NCBI GenBank assembly: GCA_963727445.1
Contig: CAVSGI010000021.1
Location: forward strand, 693,975 to 757,974
DNA from: an uncultured delta proteobacterium
Lineage (GTDB): Bacteria > Myxococcota_A > Polyangia > Polyangiales > B10-G4
DNA: 64,000 nt
Direction: 5' to 3'
This document shows positions 34,233 to 45,577 of this stretch, one piece after another. Every line of letters begins with the position of its first letter. Position 1 is the stretch's first letter. The notes beneath the pieces are model-generated. The model searched no databases. It was not told the DNA's origin and worked only from the letters and a program-made list of their open reading frames with translations. A program made the translations under genes and the position numbers.

Positions 34233-35084
34233 CTATTGGCAGGTGCGGGCGCGGGCGATCTCGCGGAGCTTGGTGCGGGCGCGGGCGACGAAGGTCGAGC
34301 GGCGGAAGTTGCGGATCAGGGTGTTCAGGACGTCGCGCGCCTCGTCGCACTGATTGAGCGCGAAGAAAGCGTTCCCCATGTCCCAGAGGGTCTCGTCCAC
34401 CGCGTCTTCGCGCGGATAGTCGCTGATGATCTTGCGGAACTCCTGGATGGCGTTCGCCGGTCGCTCCTGTCGGAGGTAACTCTTGCCGATCCAGTACAGG
34501 GCGTTGTCCGCCTGGTCGTCGCGCGGGTAGCGCGTGACGTAGGCGCGGAAGAGCGCCCGCGACAGTCCGAACTCGTTCTGCTGATAAGCGCGATATCCCG
34601 CCGCGTAGTGCTCGTCCTTGTCCGAAGGGATCTCGCTCTCGTCGAGCTGGACGTCCACGCCCGCACGCCGCGCGAGCTTCTCGATCTGATTGTCGAGCTC
34701 CTGCCGCTGGCTCGCGATCGCCTGATCGCGGGCGGCGATCTCCTGGCGCAAGGTGGCGATCTCGCCCTCGAGCACGCCGATCTGCTCCCGCAGATGCTCG
34801 ACCTCGAGACCCAGGTCGGCGCTGTTGCGGGTGACGACCTTGGTGGCCTTCTGCAGCACCTCTTCGAGGCGGGCGACCTGCGACTTGGCGCGGTTCACCT
34901 CGTCGGTCAGCTCCTGGCGCTCTCGCGTGATGCCTTCCTCGAGGCTCGACAGCCGCTGCTCGTGGTCCTCGGTGGTCTCCTCGAGCTCGACGCCCTGAGT
35001 GCGCGTCGTCCACAGAAAGCAGCCGCTCAAGCCGATGCTGAGCGCGGCGAGGAGCGTCGCCTTGGCGGTGCGGGTGTGGATCAC
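34233..35084 (-). CDS. cpoB: Tol-Pal associated CpoB/YbgF (coiled coil + TPR) lipoprotein
   Basis: Coiled coil, then ADNALYWIGKSY TPRs; directly downstream of a pal-like gene. Confidence 0.85.
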   Translation of the reverse strand: MIHTRTAKATLLAALSIGLSGCFLWTTRTQGVELEETTEDHEQRLSSLEEGITRERQELTDEVNRAKSQVARLEEVLQKATKVVTRNSADLGLEVEHLREQIGVLEGEIATLRQEIAARDQAIASQRQELDNQIEKLARRAGVDVQLDESEIPSDKDEHYAAGYRAYQQNEFGLSRALFRAYVTRYPRDDQADNALYWIGKSYLRQERPANAIQEFRKIISDYPREDAVDETLWDMGNAFFALNQCDEARDVLNTLIRNFRRSTFVARARTKLREIARARTCQ

Positions 35085-35719
35085 CGGCCGGTGAACTCCA
35101 CTTTCCGATCGCGGGCCCAGCTGCTCTCGTCGCTGCCGCTCGCCATCTCCTCACCCATGGAGGAGGAGGTGACCGAGCCGGAGTCGAGGCCGAGGGACAC
35201 CATGTAGTTCGCGACGGCGCGCGCGCGGCGATCGCCGAGCGCGAGGTTGTACTCCTCGGTGCCGCGCGGATCGCAGTGACCGGTGACGTGCACGCCGCTC
35301 ATGTTCCGCTCCTGCATGCAGCTCACGTTGGTCTGGATGGCGTTGCGCGCAGCGCTGTCGAGCTCGTCGGCGTCGAAAGCGAAGTACACCGGGGTGAGAC
35401 TGCAGCCGGGGCCGGTGTCCGGGGGCGGCAGATCGGACTGGGTCTGCGCCGGAGCGACGCAGCGGTTGTTGCGACACTCCTGACCACCGGGGCAGTCCGA
35501 GGCGGACTCGCAGAACCCGGAGATCGGCTCACAAGCGCCTGCGCTACAGGCCTGGCCGGTCGGGCAATCCGCGTCGGTCCGACACATCTGGCACTGCCCG
35601 TTCACGCAGTACTCGCCCTCGTGGCAGTCCTCGTCGTTGTCGCATTTGGGGTAGGTCGGCCCGCACCCCGCCCCGAGGGCGACAAGTGCGGCTGTGGAGA
35701 GCATCAGCAATCGCTTCAT
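35081..35719 (-). CDS. pal: Pal/OmpA-family lipoprotein with Cys-rich N-terminal repeats
   Basis: VYFAFD, GHCDPRGTEEYNLALGDRRA, S.GEE, ..DRK; three C..D.DC....C....C repeats. Confidence 0.88.
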   Translation of the reverse strand: MKRLLMLSTAALVALGAGCGPTYPKCDNDEDCHEGEYCVNGQCQMCRTDADCPTGQACSAGACEPISGFCESASDCPGGQECRNNRCVAPAQTQSDLPPPDTGPGCSLTPVYFAFDADELDSAARNAIQTNVSCMQERNMSGVHVTGHCDPRGTEEYNLALGDRRARAVANYMVSLGLDSGSVTSSSMGEEMASGSDESSWARDRKVEFTGR

Positions 35720-35954
35720 GATTGGTCTTTCCCCCGAGGGCGGTTTCCCCGCTGTTTCCGCGGCCTGTGGGTCGGTCCCTGGGGCGCGTACAGCGTGCGG
35801 TTAGCGCCTGAACCCGCCTTCTGTCAACGACCGATGCGAGGGACCGCATTCCAAAGTGGGCGAAACCCGGGGCCTCGCCTCGCGTCGAGGCACGGCTTGG
35901 CACGAATCATGGTTCGGAGTGCCCGAAATTCTTTGGTTTGCACCGAGTCCGCCC

Positions 35955-35970
35955 TGGCGTCAGAGTTGCA
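35955..35970 (+). promoter_or_regulatory. Candidate sigma-54 promoter (-24/-12)
   Basis: TGGCGTC-AGAG-TTGCA, exact GG-N10-GC spacing, ~115 bp upstream of the vWA gene; a second near-match TTGGCACGAATCATGG at 35897-35912. Confidence 0.55.
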
Positions 35971-36085
35971 TCGGCGGCATCCGTAGCGGCCTCGCTTCTC
36001 GCCGGGGGGGTTCGCTTGCGGTGGGCGGGAGTGGCCGCCTACATTGGCTCGAACGGCGGGTTGTCGGCAGGTGAGGAGTTCCTTC

Positions 36086-38336
36086 ATGGCTTGTGTTCGA
36101 TTTTGGGGGGCAGGCAGCTCCCCTCACGGCCCTCTCGGGTTCGTGGCGACCCTGGTCGTCGTCGCGCTCGGCGTGATCCACGCCGGTTGCGGAGACGATG
36201 GGGGAAGGACGACAGACACCGGATCGACCTCGGCCGACTCCGGCATGAGGATGGTGCGCTGCGGCGCCGGCGACGACGTCGACAACGACTACATCAGCTC
36301 CATGGACGAGGGCTCGGGCGACGCAGACGGCGACGGCACCCCCAACGCCGAGGACACCGACTCCGATGGCGACGGGATCCCCGACGCGACCGAGGCGGGT
36401 GACATGGACTGCACCACACCGCCGGTCGACACCGATGGGGACGGGACCCCCGACTTCCTCGACACCGATGCGAATGGGGACGGGATCGCCGGACGCCGAT
36501 CAGTCCGACACGGACCTCGACATGGACGGGACCCCCGACGCGCTCGACCCGGACGTGGACGGCGACGGCATCTCGAACGTCGACGAGTTCGGCGATGGTT
36601 CCGAGGCGCGGTCGACACCGACGGTGACGGGACCCCCGACGTCTTCGATCTCGACTCCGATGGCGACACCATCAGCGATGCCCAGGAAGGCACGCTCGAT
36701 CCCGACGGCGACGGCATCCCGAACTACCTCGACACCGACTCGGATGGCGACACCATCGACGACGCGGTCGAGGCCGGCGACGGCGACATCAACACGCCTC
36801 CCGCGGTCTGTGCGAACGAGATCAACCCCGTCACCGGCGAGGTCATGGGCGATGCCTATGCGGATTACGTCGACGCCGACAGCGACAACGACGGCCTCTC
36901 CGACGGGATGGAGGTGGCGCTCGGCACCGACGTCTGCAACGTCGACTCCGACGGTGACGGCCTGAGCGACCTGGCGGAGTGGGCGTACGAGAGCGTCAAC
37001 TGCCCCGACGGCATGACCGGCGTGGACTGCGGCTGCGCCACCAGCGCCGGCTGCACCATCCCCGACGAGCACTTCTACGTGGTCCTCCCCTACCTCGGCG
37101 ATCCGCAGGAACGAGACCTCGACTTCGGCACCACCATCCGCGTGGCCGACGTCTTCTTCATCACGGACACCACCGGCTCGATGGGCGGCACGCTGAGCAG
37201 CGTGAAGTCGACGGTCGGCCGTCCGGGCACGGGTCTCATCGATCGCATCGCCGAGACGATCCCCGAAGCGTGGTTCGGCGGCGGGCAGCACGACGACTTC
37301 CCCTTCGGCTCCTACGGCGGCGGCTCGGACGAGCCCTTCATCCTGGCGATCGGTCAGACCCCCCCGGATCTGCCCGGCATGCCGGCCGGCTCCGGCCGCA
37401 CCGCGGTGGCGACCGCCTTCAACGCCATGATGCTTCACGGCGGTGGCGACGGCCCCGAGTCGCAGACCGAGGCGCTCTATCAGATCATCACCGGTGAGGG
37501 CGGGATGTGGACCGGCTCCGGCGGCGTCTACACCATGCGTCGCTACGCCGGCGATTGCCTCGACACCGGCTATGGCGCGCCCTGCTTCCGCGAGGCCGCG
37601 CTGCCGATCCTCGTCCACTTCAGCGACATCTGCGCGCACGAGGGTCCGCCGGGCGAGTCCTCGAGCTGCAACCCCTACACCGGCATCACCCCGGCGCCCC
37701 ACACCTGGGCGCAGATGATCGACGCGATGAACACCCGCGGCGCGAAGTACGTCGGCATCGCGACCCGCACCACGACCACGCCCTGCTCGATGACCGTCGG
37801 CTCGTCGGGCACCGATCCCTGCTTCTTCATGAAGCGCACGGCGGAGGAGACGGGAACCGTCGACCTCGACGGCAACGCCCTGGTCTACAACCTCCCCGGG
37901 GGCGGCTCGGACCTCACCTTCGTGGACACGGTGGTGGGCGCCATCGAGACGATCGCGACCCGCGTACCCCTCGACGTCGACACCGCGCTCCGCGACGACC
38001 CCTCGGACGCCGACGGGGTGGACGCCACCCGCTTCATCAAGCGCCGCCAGCCGTCCTGCTCGGCCATGCCCCCGGCCGACCCCTGCTGGTGGCCCCCGAT
38101 GGGCCTCGACCCCGCCGATGCGGTGGCGGCCATCGATTCCTCGACCTTCTTCGGGGTGATTCCGGGAACTACGGGTACAATTCCGTATCACGTTCCAAAA
38201 CGACTTCTTCGAGGGTGGAACCACTGCGAAGGTCTTCGTCGCGTACATCGACGTGCGCGGCGGCGGCTCGGCGGTGCTCGACACTCGTCAGGTATTCATC
38301 GTGGTGCCGGCATCCAGCGCTGGCTTGCCCATTTGA
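36086..38336 (+). CDS. Lipoprotein with DxDxDG Ca-binding repeats and integrin-beta-like vWA domain (copy 1; apparent frameshifts at ~36490, ~36608, ~38173)
   Basis: GAGGAG RBS; HAG-C lipobox; many D.DGDG repeats; DVFFITDTTGSM; GGDGPESQTEAL; the reconstructed C-terminus aligns with copy 2. Confidence 0.82.
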
Positions 38337-38373
38337 TTCGTCTCCTTCTTATCCGGCCGGGAGGGTCTCGCTC

Positions 38374-40085
38374 ATGAAGTTCGCAGTTTCAGTTTCCACC
38401 CTCGCCATCGCCTTCGCGATGGCGTGCAGCTCGAGCCCCCGCAGCATGCGGACTGGTGACGGAGGGACGGATTCCGGACCCGTCACCTGTGATCTGACCG
38501 ACACCGACGGCGACGGGATCCCCGACGCGGTGGAATCCGATGGAGACCCGGACGGGGACGGCATCCCCAGCTTCCAGGATGACGACTCGGATGGCGACGG
38601 GATCCCCGACTCGGAAGAGGCCGGCGCAGGCAACCCCTGCACGCCCGCCGACACCGACATGGACGGCACCCCCGACTTCGTCGACACCGATTCGGACAAC
38701 GACGGCCTGACCGATGACGAAGAGGTGATGCTGGGGACCAACCCGCTGCAGCAGGACTCGGACGGCGACGGCATCCCCGACGTGGTCGAGGTCCGCGGGA
38801 GCATGACCGACCCCACCGATCCCGCGAGCCGCATTCCGGACACCGACTTCTTCGTCGTCCTTCCCTACCTCGGTGACGAGCAGAACCGCACCCTGCGCTT
38901 CGGCACCAACATCGAGGTCGCGGACGTCTTCTTCCTCGTCGACATGACCGGGTCGATGCAGGGCGAGCGCACCAACCTGATCAACGGTCTGGTCGACGTG
39001 ATCATCCCGGGTGTTCAGGCGGCGATTCCGAACGTGCAGTTCGGTGCCGGCGGCATGGACGACTACCCGGTCAGTGGCTACGGCGGCGGCAACGACCAGC
39101 CGTTCTACCTTCTGCGGGAGATCGCGCCCGGTGACCAGGACATCGGCGGCTGGAGCATCAGCGCCGGCCCGACCACGTGTCCGAGCAATCCGGCGACGAA
39201 GGACATCGGCATGATCACCGGGTCCGGCAACGGCGTTCCGGACATCCTCGAGGCGGTTCAGGGGCTTCCCTGCCACGGCGGCTCCGACGGCCCCGAGTCC
39301 TACGTCCCGGCGATGTGGGCGACGGCGACCGGTGGCGGGCTCGACTGGGGCACGGGCTCGGTCCCACCGCAGAGCTGCCCGTCGATCCCCGACGAGATGG
39401 GAACCCGCCGCGGCTATCCCTGCTTCCGCCCCGGCGCGCTGCCCATCGTCGTCCTCTTCGGCGACTACTCCTTCCACAACGGTCCGGGGGGCTCGGAGCC
39501 CCTGACACCGCGCTTCCCATGGCGCCGACCTATGCCGAGACCGTCAGCGCGCTCACCGGCATCGGTGCGCGCGTGGTCGGCATCTTCTCGGGCACCGGCG
39601 GTCTCATCAGCGACTACCAGACCGTGGCCACCGACACCGGCTCGGTCCGCGCCGACGGCTCGCCCCTGGTCTTCACCATCTCGGGTGACGGCACCGGTCT
39701 CGACAGCACCGTGGTCGACGCCATCGCCGAGCTCGTCGGCGGAACGCCCCAGGACGTGTCGACCCGCACCGAGAACGTCCCGGGTAACCCGGACGACTTC
39801 GACGCCACCATGTTCATCAAGTCGATCACGCCGCTCGAGGGCTACCAGGACGGCGTCGCCGGCGCGGGTTACACGTCGAAGGACGAGACGACCTTCTACG
39901 GCGTCATCCCCGGCACCGACGTCGACTTCGACATCCTCTTCTGGAACGACGTGCGCATGCCGGCGTCGGTCAGCGAGGTCTTCGTCGCCAAGATCATCGT
40001 GGTGGGCAACGGGGTCGCCGACCTCGACTCTCGCAACGTCTACATCCTCGTTCCGCGAGAGGGCAGCGGCCCGATCCTGATCTGA
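38374..40085 (+). CDS. Lipoprotein with DxDxDG repeats and integrin-beta-like vWA domain (copy 2; apparent frameshift at ~39500)
   Basis: MKFAVS..AMA-C; DVFFLVDMTGSM; GGSDGPES; PCFRPGALPI; paralogous to copy 1. Confidence 0.85.
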
Positions 40086-40114
40086 GGGCACCGCCCCCAT
40101 CCGGGGCGAACGTG

Positions 40115-40144
40115 AAGAAGGGCGGCCCGCGGGTCGCCCTTTTT
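40115..40144. terminator. Probable bidirectional intrinsic terminator
   Basis: AAGAAGGGCGGCC-CGCG-GGTCGCCCTTTTT between convergent genes. Confidence 0.75.
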
Positions 40145-40161
40145 CGTGGCCGCGCCGCGTC

Positions 40162-41736
<1,575 letters not shown>

Positions 41737-41759
41737 TGATCGGATAATATTCCGAATTC

Positions 41760-42536
41760 GTGCGCCTCGCAGCTTCCATTGCCTTCCTCCTGACGGTGGT
41801 CACGTCTGTTCAGGCACAGGCACAGACCAGTGACACCGCCCTCGCCCGCCAACTCTTCGAGCAGGGGATCGAGCTCGCCGACCAGGAAAACTGGGAGCAA
41901 GCGGCCGATCGCTTTCGTCGCTCCCTCGAGCTTCGGCCCTCCCCGATCGTGGCTTACAACCTCGGTTCCGCGCTCCAGGAGCTCGGCCGCCTGGTGGAGG
42001 CGTCGGAGGCGTTTCGACGCGCGATCCGGGGTCCGGGCGCGCCGCCCGACCTGGTCAGCGCGGCCCAACAGTCGCTGAACGAGATCGAGCCGCGCATCGG
42101 TTCGCTCCAGATCGAGATCACCGGCGCGCGCGAGGGCGTGGAGATCTACGTCGACGAACGCCAGCTGCCGGCTCAGGCGATCGGTGTGAGCGCTCCCATC
42201 GATCCCGGAGAGCGTCAGGTCCGCGCCCTCAGAGATGGCGAGGAGATCGCCGCTGCAACGGTGGAGATCGGCGAAGGGGCGAGTGAAGAGATCGTCCTCG
42301 ACATCCCGGAGCCAGTGGTCGACGACTCGGGAGAGACGGTGGCGCAGCCGAGCCCCGTCTTCACGAACACCACCACCGACGAGGAGAGCGGAAGCTCTCC
42401 GTGGCTCTGGGTGGGGATCGGTGCGGGTGTGCTCGCCGCCGCCGCGGTCGCCGTGATCCTCGTGCTCGTTCTGACGAGCGGCGGGGTCGAGGATCCGGTC
42501 AGCGGAAACCTCTCGCCAGCCGTGGTGGAGTTCTGA
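41760..42536 (+). CDS. Secreted TPR + PEGA-like protein with C-terminal hydrophobic segment
   Basis: Signal AQA; ARQLFEQG..A...F..S..L.P.P..AYNLG TPR; VD...IDPG PEGA-like segment. Confidence 0.82.
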   Translation: MRLAASIAFLLTVVTSVQAQAQTSDTALARQLFEQGIELADQENWEQAADRFRRSLELRPSPIVAYNLGSALQELGRLVEASEAFRRAIRGPGAPPDLVSAAQQSLNEIEPRIGSLQIEITGAREGVEIYVDERQLPAQAIGVSAPIDPGERQVRALRDGEEIAAATVEIGEGASEEIVLDIPEPVVDDSGETVAQPSPVFTNTTTDEESGSSPWLWVGIGAGVLAAAAVAVILVLVLTSGGVEDPVSGNLSPAVVEF

Positions 42537-44746
42537 TGGGCCGTATGTCCAGAGCTCGCCTCTGCTTCATCGGGTTGCTGGTCGTGGCCAGCGCCTGCTC
42601 CGACGCCGATCCGCGAACGGAGATCATCGTCGCCGTCGACACCGACCTGGTGATCCCGGGCGAGCTCGACGCGGTGCGCATCGAGATGTTGGGCCCGAGC
42701 GGCCAGGTGCGCCGTTCGATGGGGCTGCTCAGCGGGACGGATTCGCTCCCTGCGACCGTCGGCATGGTTCACACCGGCGGGCCGCTGGGGCCGGTACAGG
42801 TCACGGTGGTGGGACAGCGCGGCGGCTCGGACGTCGTCGAACGCGAGGCGTCCGTGTCTTTCGTCCAGGGGCGCACGCTCATCCTGCGGATCCTGCTCGC
42901 CCGTGAGTGCATCGGGGTGACCTGTCCGGCGATGCAGACCTGCGCGCCTGGCGGCTGTCGCTCCGTGAACGTCCCCGCGTCGGAGCTCGAGAGCTACGAC
43001 GGATCCATCGGCCGTGCCGATGCCGGGGGCGACGGTGGATGCCCCTCCTCCACCGAGACCTGCAACGGGATGGACGACGACTGCGACGGCACGACGGACG
43101 AGGGCTTCGACCTGATGACCGACGATGACAACTGCGGGGCCTGCGGCAACGCGTGTCCGGCGTCGCCGACCCACGGCTCCTCCTCGTGCACCGCAGGGAG
43201 CTGTGTTCTCAGCTGCGACATGGGCTACGCCGACTGCGACATGGACGCCGATACCGGATGCGAGGCGCTCCTGTCGACGGCGGCCACCTGCGGCGACTGC
43301 GGAACCGTCTGCGAGGACCCGAGCCCGCTATGCGACGGTAACCCCACCGACGGCTACTCCTGCGTTTCGTCCTGCCCCGCCGGGACCACCGAGTGCGGAA
43401 CGGCGTGCGTCAACCTCATGACCGACCCGAGCAACTGCGGCAGCTGCGACATGACCTGCTCCGCCGGCGGCCACGCCTCGGGGAGCTGTGACGCCGGAAG
43501 CTGCGGCATGGTCTGCGACGCCGATTGGGAAGACTGTGACGGCGACATGACCAACGGCTGCGAGACGTCGCTCACGACACTGATGAACTGCGGCTCTTGC
43601 GGAACGGTCTGCTCGCTCACCAACGGGATGGAGTCGTGTGCGACCGGCAGCTGCACCCTCGTGGGCTGCGACATGGGCTTCGACGACTGCGACAGCGACA
43701 TGACCAACGGCTGCGAGACCAACGTGGCCAGCGGCGTGATGAACTGCGGGATGTGCGGCAACGCCTGCCCCGCCTCCCCGGCCAACGCGTCGCCGGTCTG
43801 CGCCATGGGCAGCTGCGACATCACGTGTGATGCGGGCTTCGGCGATTGCAACACGATGGCGGGCGACGGATGCGAACAGTCCTTCGCAGACACCGCGAAT
43901 TGCGGGGCTTGTGGCAACGCATGCAGCGGTACCACGCCGGTGTGCGGCGGCTCGGCGGGCTCCTACCTCTGCGTGGAGTCGTGCACGGCTCCGAGCATGA
44001 TCTGTGGGACCGTGTGTACCGACGTCGTCACCGACGCCTCGAACTGCGGCTCCTGTGGGATGGTCTGCTCGTCGGCGATGAACGCGAGCGCCAACTGCAT
44101 GAGCAGCAGCTGTGGCATCACCTGCGACGCGGGCTTCGGCGACTGCAACACGATGACGGGGGACGGTTGCGAGACCGACCTCACGACCGTCACCAACTGC
44201 GGCACCTGCGGTACCCCCTGCAGCCCCAGCAATGCGACGGGATCGTGCTCCACGGGCAGCTGCGCCATCGGCACCTGCAATGTCGGTTTCCTCGACTGCG
44301 ACATGGACGTCACCACCGGCTGCGAGCAGTCGTCGAACGACATGAACAACTGCGGCGCCTGCGGCGCCATCTGCCCCGCTGCTCCCCCGAACACCACCTC
44401 GTCGACCTGCAGCATGAGCGCCTGCCGCCTGGTCTGCACCTCGGGCTTCGGCAACTGCGACGGAGATGCCACCAACGGCTGCGAAGCGCCTCTCACCACG
44501 CTCACGGACTGCGGCTCCTGCGGCAACGCGTGCACCCTGGCGAACGCCACCACCTCCTGCGCGACGGGCACCTGCGAGCTCTCCACGTGCAACCCCGGCT
44601 TCGGCAACTGCGACGGGAACGCCGGCAACGGCTGCGAGGTCGACCTCAGCAGCGACCGCCGCCACTGCGGGGTGTGCGACATGAACTGCGGCGGCGGCAA
44701 CCGCTGCTGCAGCGGCGTGTGCATGCCCGGCGGCTCCTGCCCCTGA
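42536..44746 (+). CDS. Large Cys-rich repeat lipoprotein (MopE-like metal-binding motif plus Stig1-like NCG.CG repeats)
   Basis: ASA-C lipobox; ETCNGMDDDCDG; repeated C.GF.DCD....GCE......NCG.CG..C; TGATG overlap with the upstream gene. Confidence 0.85.
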   Translation: MGRMSRARLCFIGLLVVASACSDADPRTEIIVAVDTDLVIPGELDAVRIEMLGPSGQVRRSMGLLSGTDSLPATVGMVHTGGPLGPVQVTVVGQRGGSDVVEREASVSFVQGRTLILRILLARECIGVTCPAMQTCAPGGCRSVNVPASELESYDGSIGRADAGGDGGCPSSTETCNGMDDDCDGTTDEGFDLMTDDDNCGACGNACPASPTHGSSSCTAGSCVLSCDMGYADCDMDADTGCEALLSTAATCGDCGTVCEDPSPLCDGNPTDGYSCVSSCPAGTTECGTACVNLMTDPSNCGSCDMTCSAGGHASGSCDAGSCGMVCDADWEDCDGDMTNGCETSLTTLMNCGSCGTVCSLTNGMESCATGSCTLVGCDMGFDDCDSDMTNGCETNVASGVMNCGMCGNACPASPANASPVCAMGSCDITCDAGFGDCNTMAGDGCEQSFADTANCGACGNACSGTTPVCGGSAGSYLCVESCTAPSMICGTVCTDVVTDASNCGSCGMVCSSAMNASANCMSSSCGITCDAGFGDCNTMTGDGCETDLTTVTNCGTCGTPCSPSNATGSCSTGSCAIGTCNVGFLDCDMDVTTGCEQSSNDMNNCGACGAICPAAPPNTTSSTCSMSACRLVCTSGFGNCDGDATNGCEAPLTTLTDCGSCGNACTLANATTSCATGTCELSTCNPGFGNCDGNAGNGCEVDLSSDRRHCGVCDMNCGGGNRCCSGVCMPGGSCP

Positions 44747-44770
44747 GCGGGCGCGCTGCGCCCTGATTCC

Positions 44771-44998
44771 CTGCGCGCCCTGCGCCGCCGCTCCGCTCCG
44801 GCGACGCCGCCTGCGCTGCGCGTCGCCTCCGGGCGCTGCGCGCCCTGCGCCGCCGCTCCGCTCCGGCGGCGCCGAGCCTTCTCCTAGACGTCTAGACCAC
44901 TCCCGGCTCGACGCCGCCTGCGCTGCGCGTCGCCTCCGGGCGCTGCGCGCCCTGCGCCGCCGCTCCGCTCCGGCGGCGCCGAGCCTTCTCCTAGACGT
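44771..44998. repeat. Intergenic REP/MITE-like tandem repeat
   Basis: 90-bp direct repeat at 44802-44891 and 44909-44998, plus a third partial copy at 44771-44803; internal hairpins; CTAG at 44884, 44892, 44991. Confidence 0.9.
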
Positions 44999-45515
44999 GC
45001 AGCATGTACCAGATCACTACGCCGGTGATGCTGACGTAGACCCAGATGGGCCAGAGGATCTTCGTGATCTTCTTGTGGGTGGAGAAGCGCTTCTTCCACG
45101 CGAAGTAGAAGGCGCTCAGGGCCATGGGGACGACGGCCACGGACAACAGCACGTGGCTGGCCAGGATGATCAGGTACGGAGTGCGGAAGGCGCCCTCGTA
45201 GTGGGTGTCGCCGTGCACGTAGTGATAGGCGACGTATCCGACCAGGAAGAGGGAAGAGCTGACGAAGGCGGCCACCATGAGATGGCGGTGGACGTCGATC
45301 TTCCGCTGCTTGATGGCGACGTAGGCGCTGATCAGGAGCACGGTCGACAGGGCGTTCCAGCCCGCGTTGATGGCGGGCATGAAGGAGAGATCGAGCCCCC
45401 CGTCCGCGCCGCGCCGGATCAGCAGAAGCCAGGCGAGGAGCGCCAGCGCCGCGGTGGAGACGACGGCGTTGAAGACGAAGAAGCGCCGATCGGAGGTGGG
45501 TCCAGCGGTCGCCAT
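44991..45515 (-). CDS. DUF420 membrane protein (CtaM/YozB-like)
   Basis: PAINA..N, H..LM..AF..S..FL..Y, IL.SH..LS, H.K....WP.W.YVS.TG. Confidence 0.9.
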   Translation of the reverse strand: MATAGPTSDRRFFVFNAVVSTAALALLAWLLLIRRGADGGLDLSFMPAINAGWNALSTVLLISAYVAIKQRKIDVHRHLMVAAFVSSSLFLVGYVAYHYVHGDTHYEGAFRTPYLIILASHVLLSVAVVPMALSAFYFAWKKRFSTHKKITKILWPIWVYVSITGVVIWYMLHV

Positions 45516-45577
45516 GGGCCCAGGTTTAGGGCCACCCGGTGACCGATGCCACCCGAGCGTGTTAAAAGCACCTCGTC

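Noticed and set aside
36280..36970. Recurrent GACTCCGATGGCGAC-like repeats as a CRISPR array
   Set aside because: Degenerate, in-frame coding repeats for DxDxDG motifs, with no constant repeat/spacer period and no cas genes
44771..44998. Intergenic repeats as a mini-CRISPR
   Set aside because: The sequence between the short repeats is itself duplicated rather than unique; no leader or cas genes
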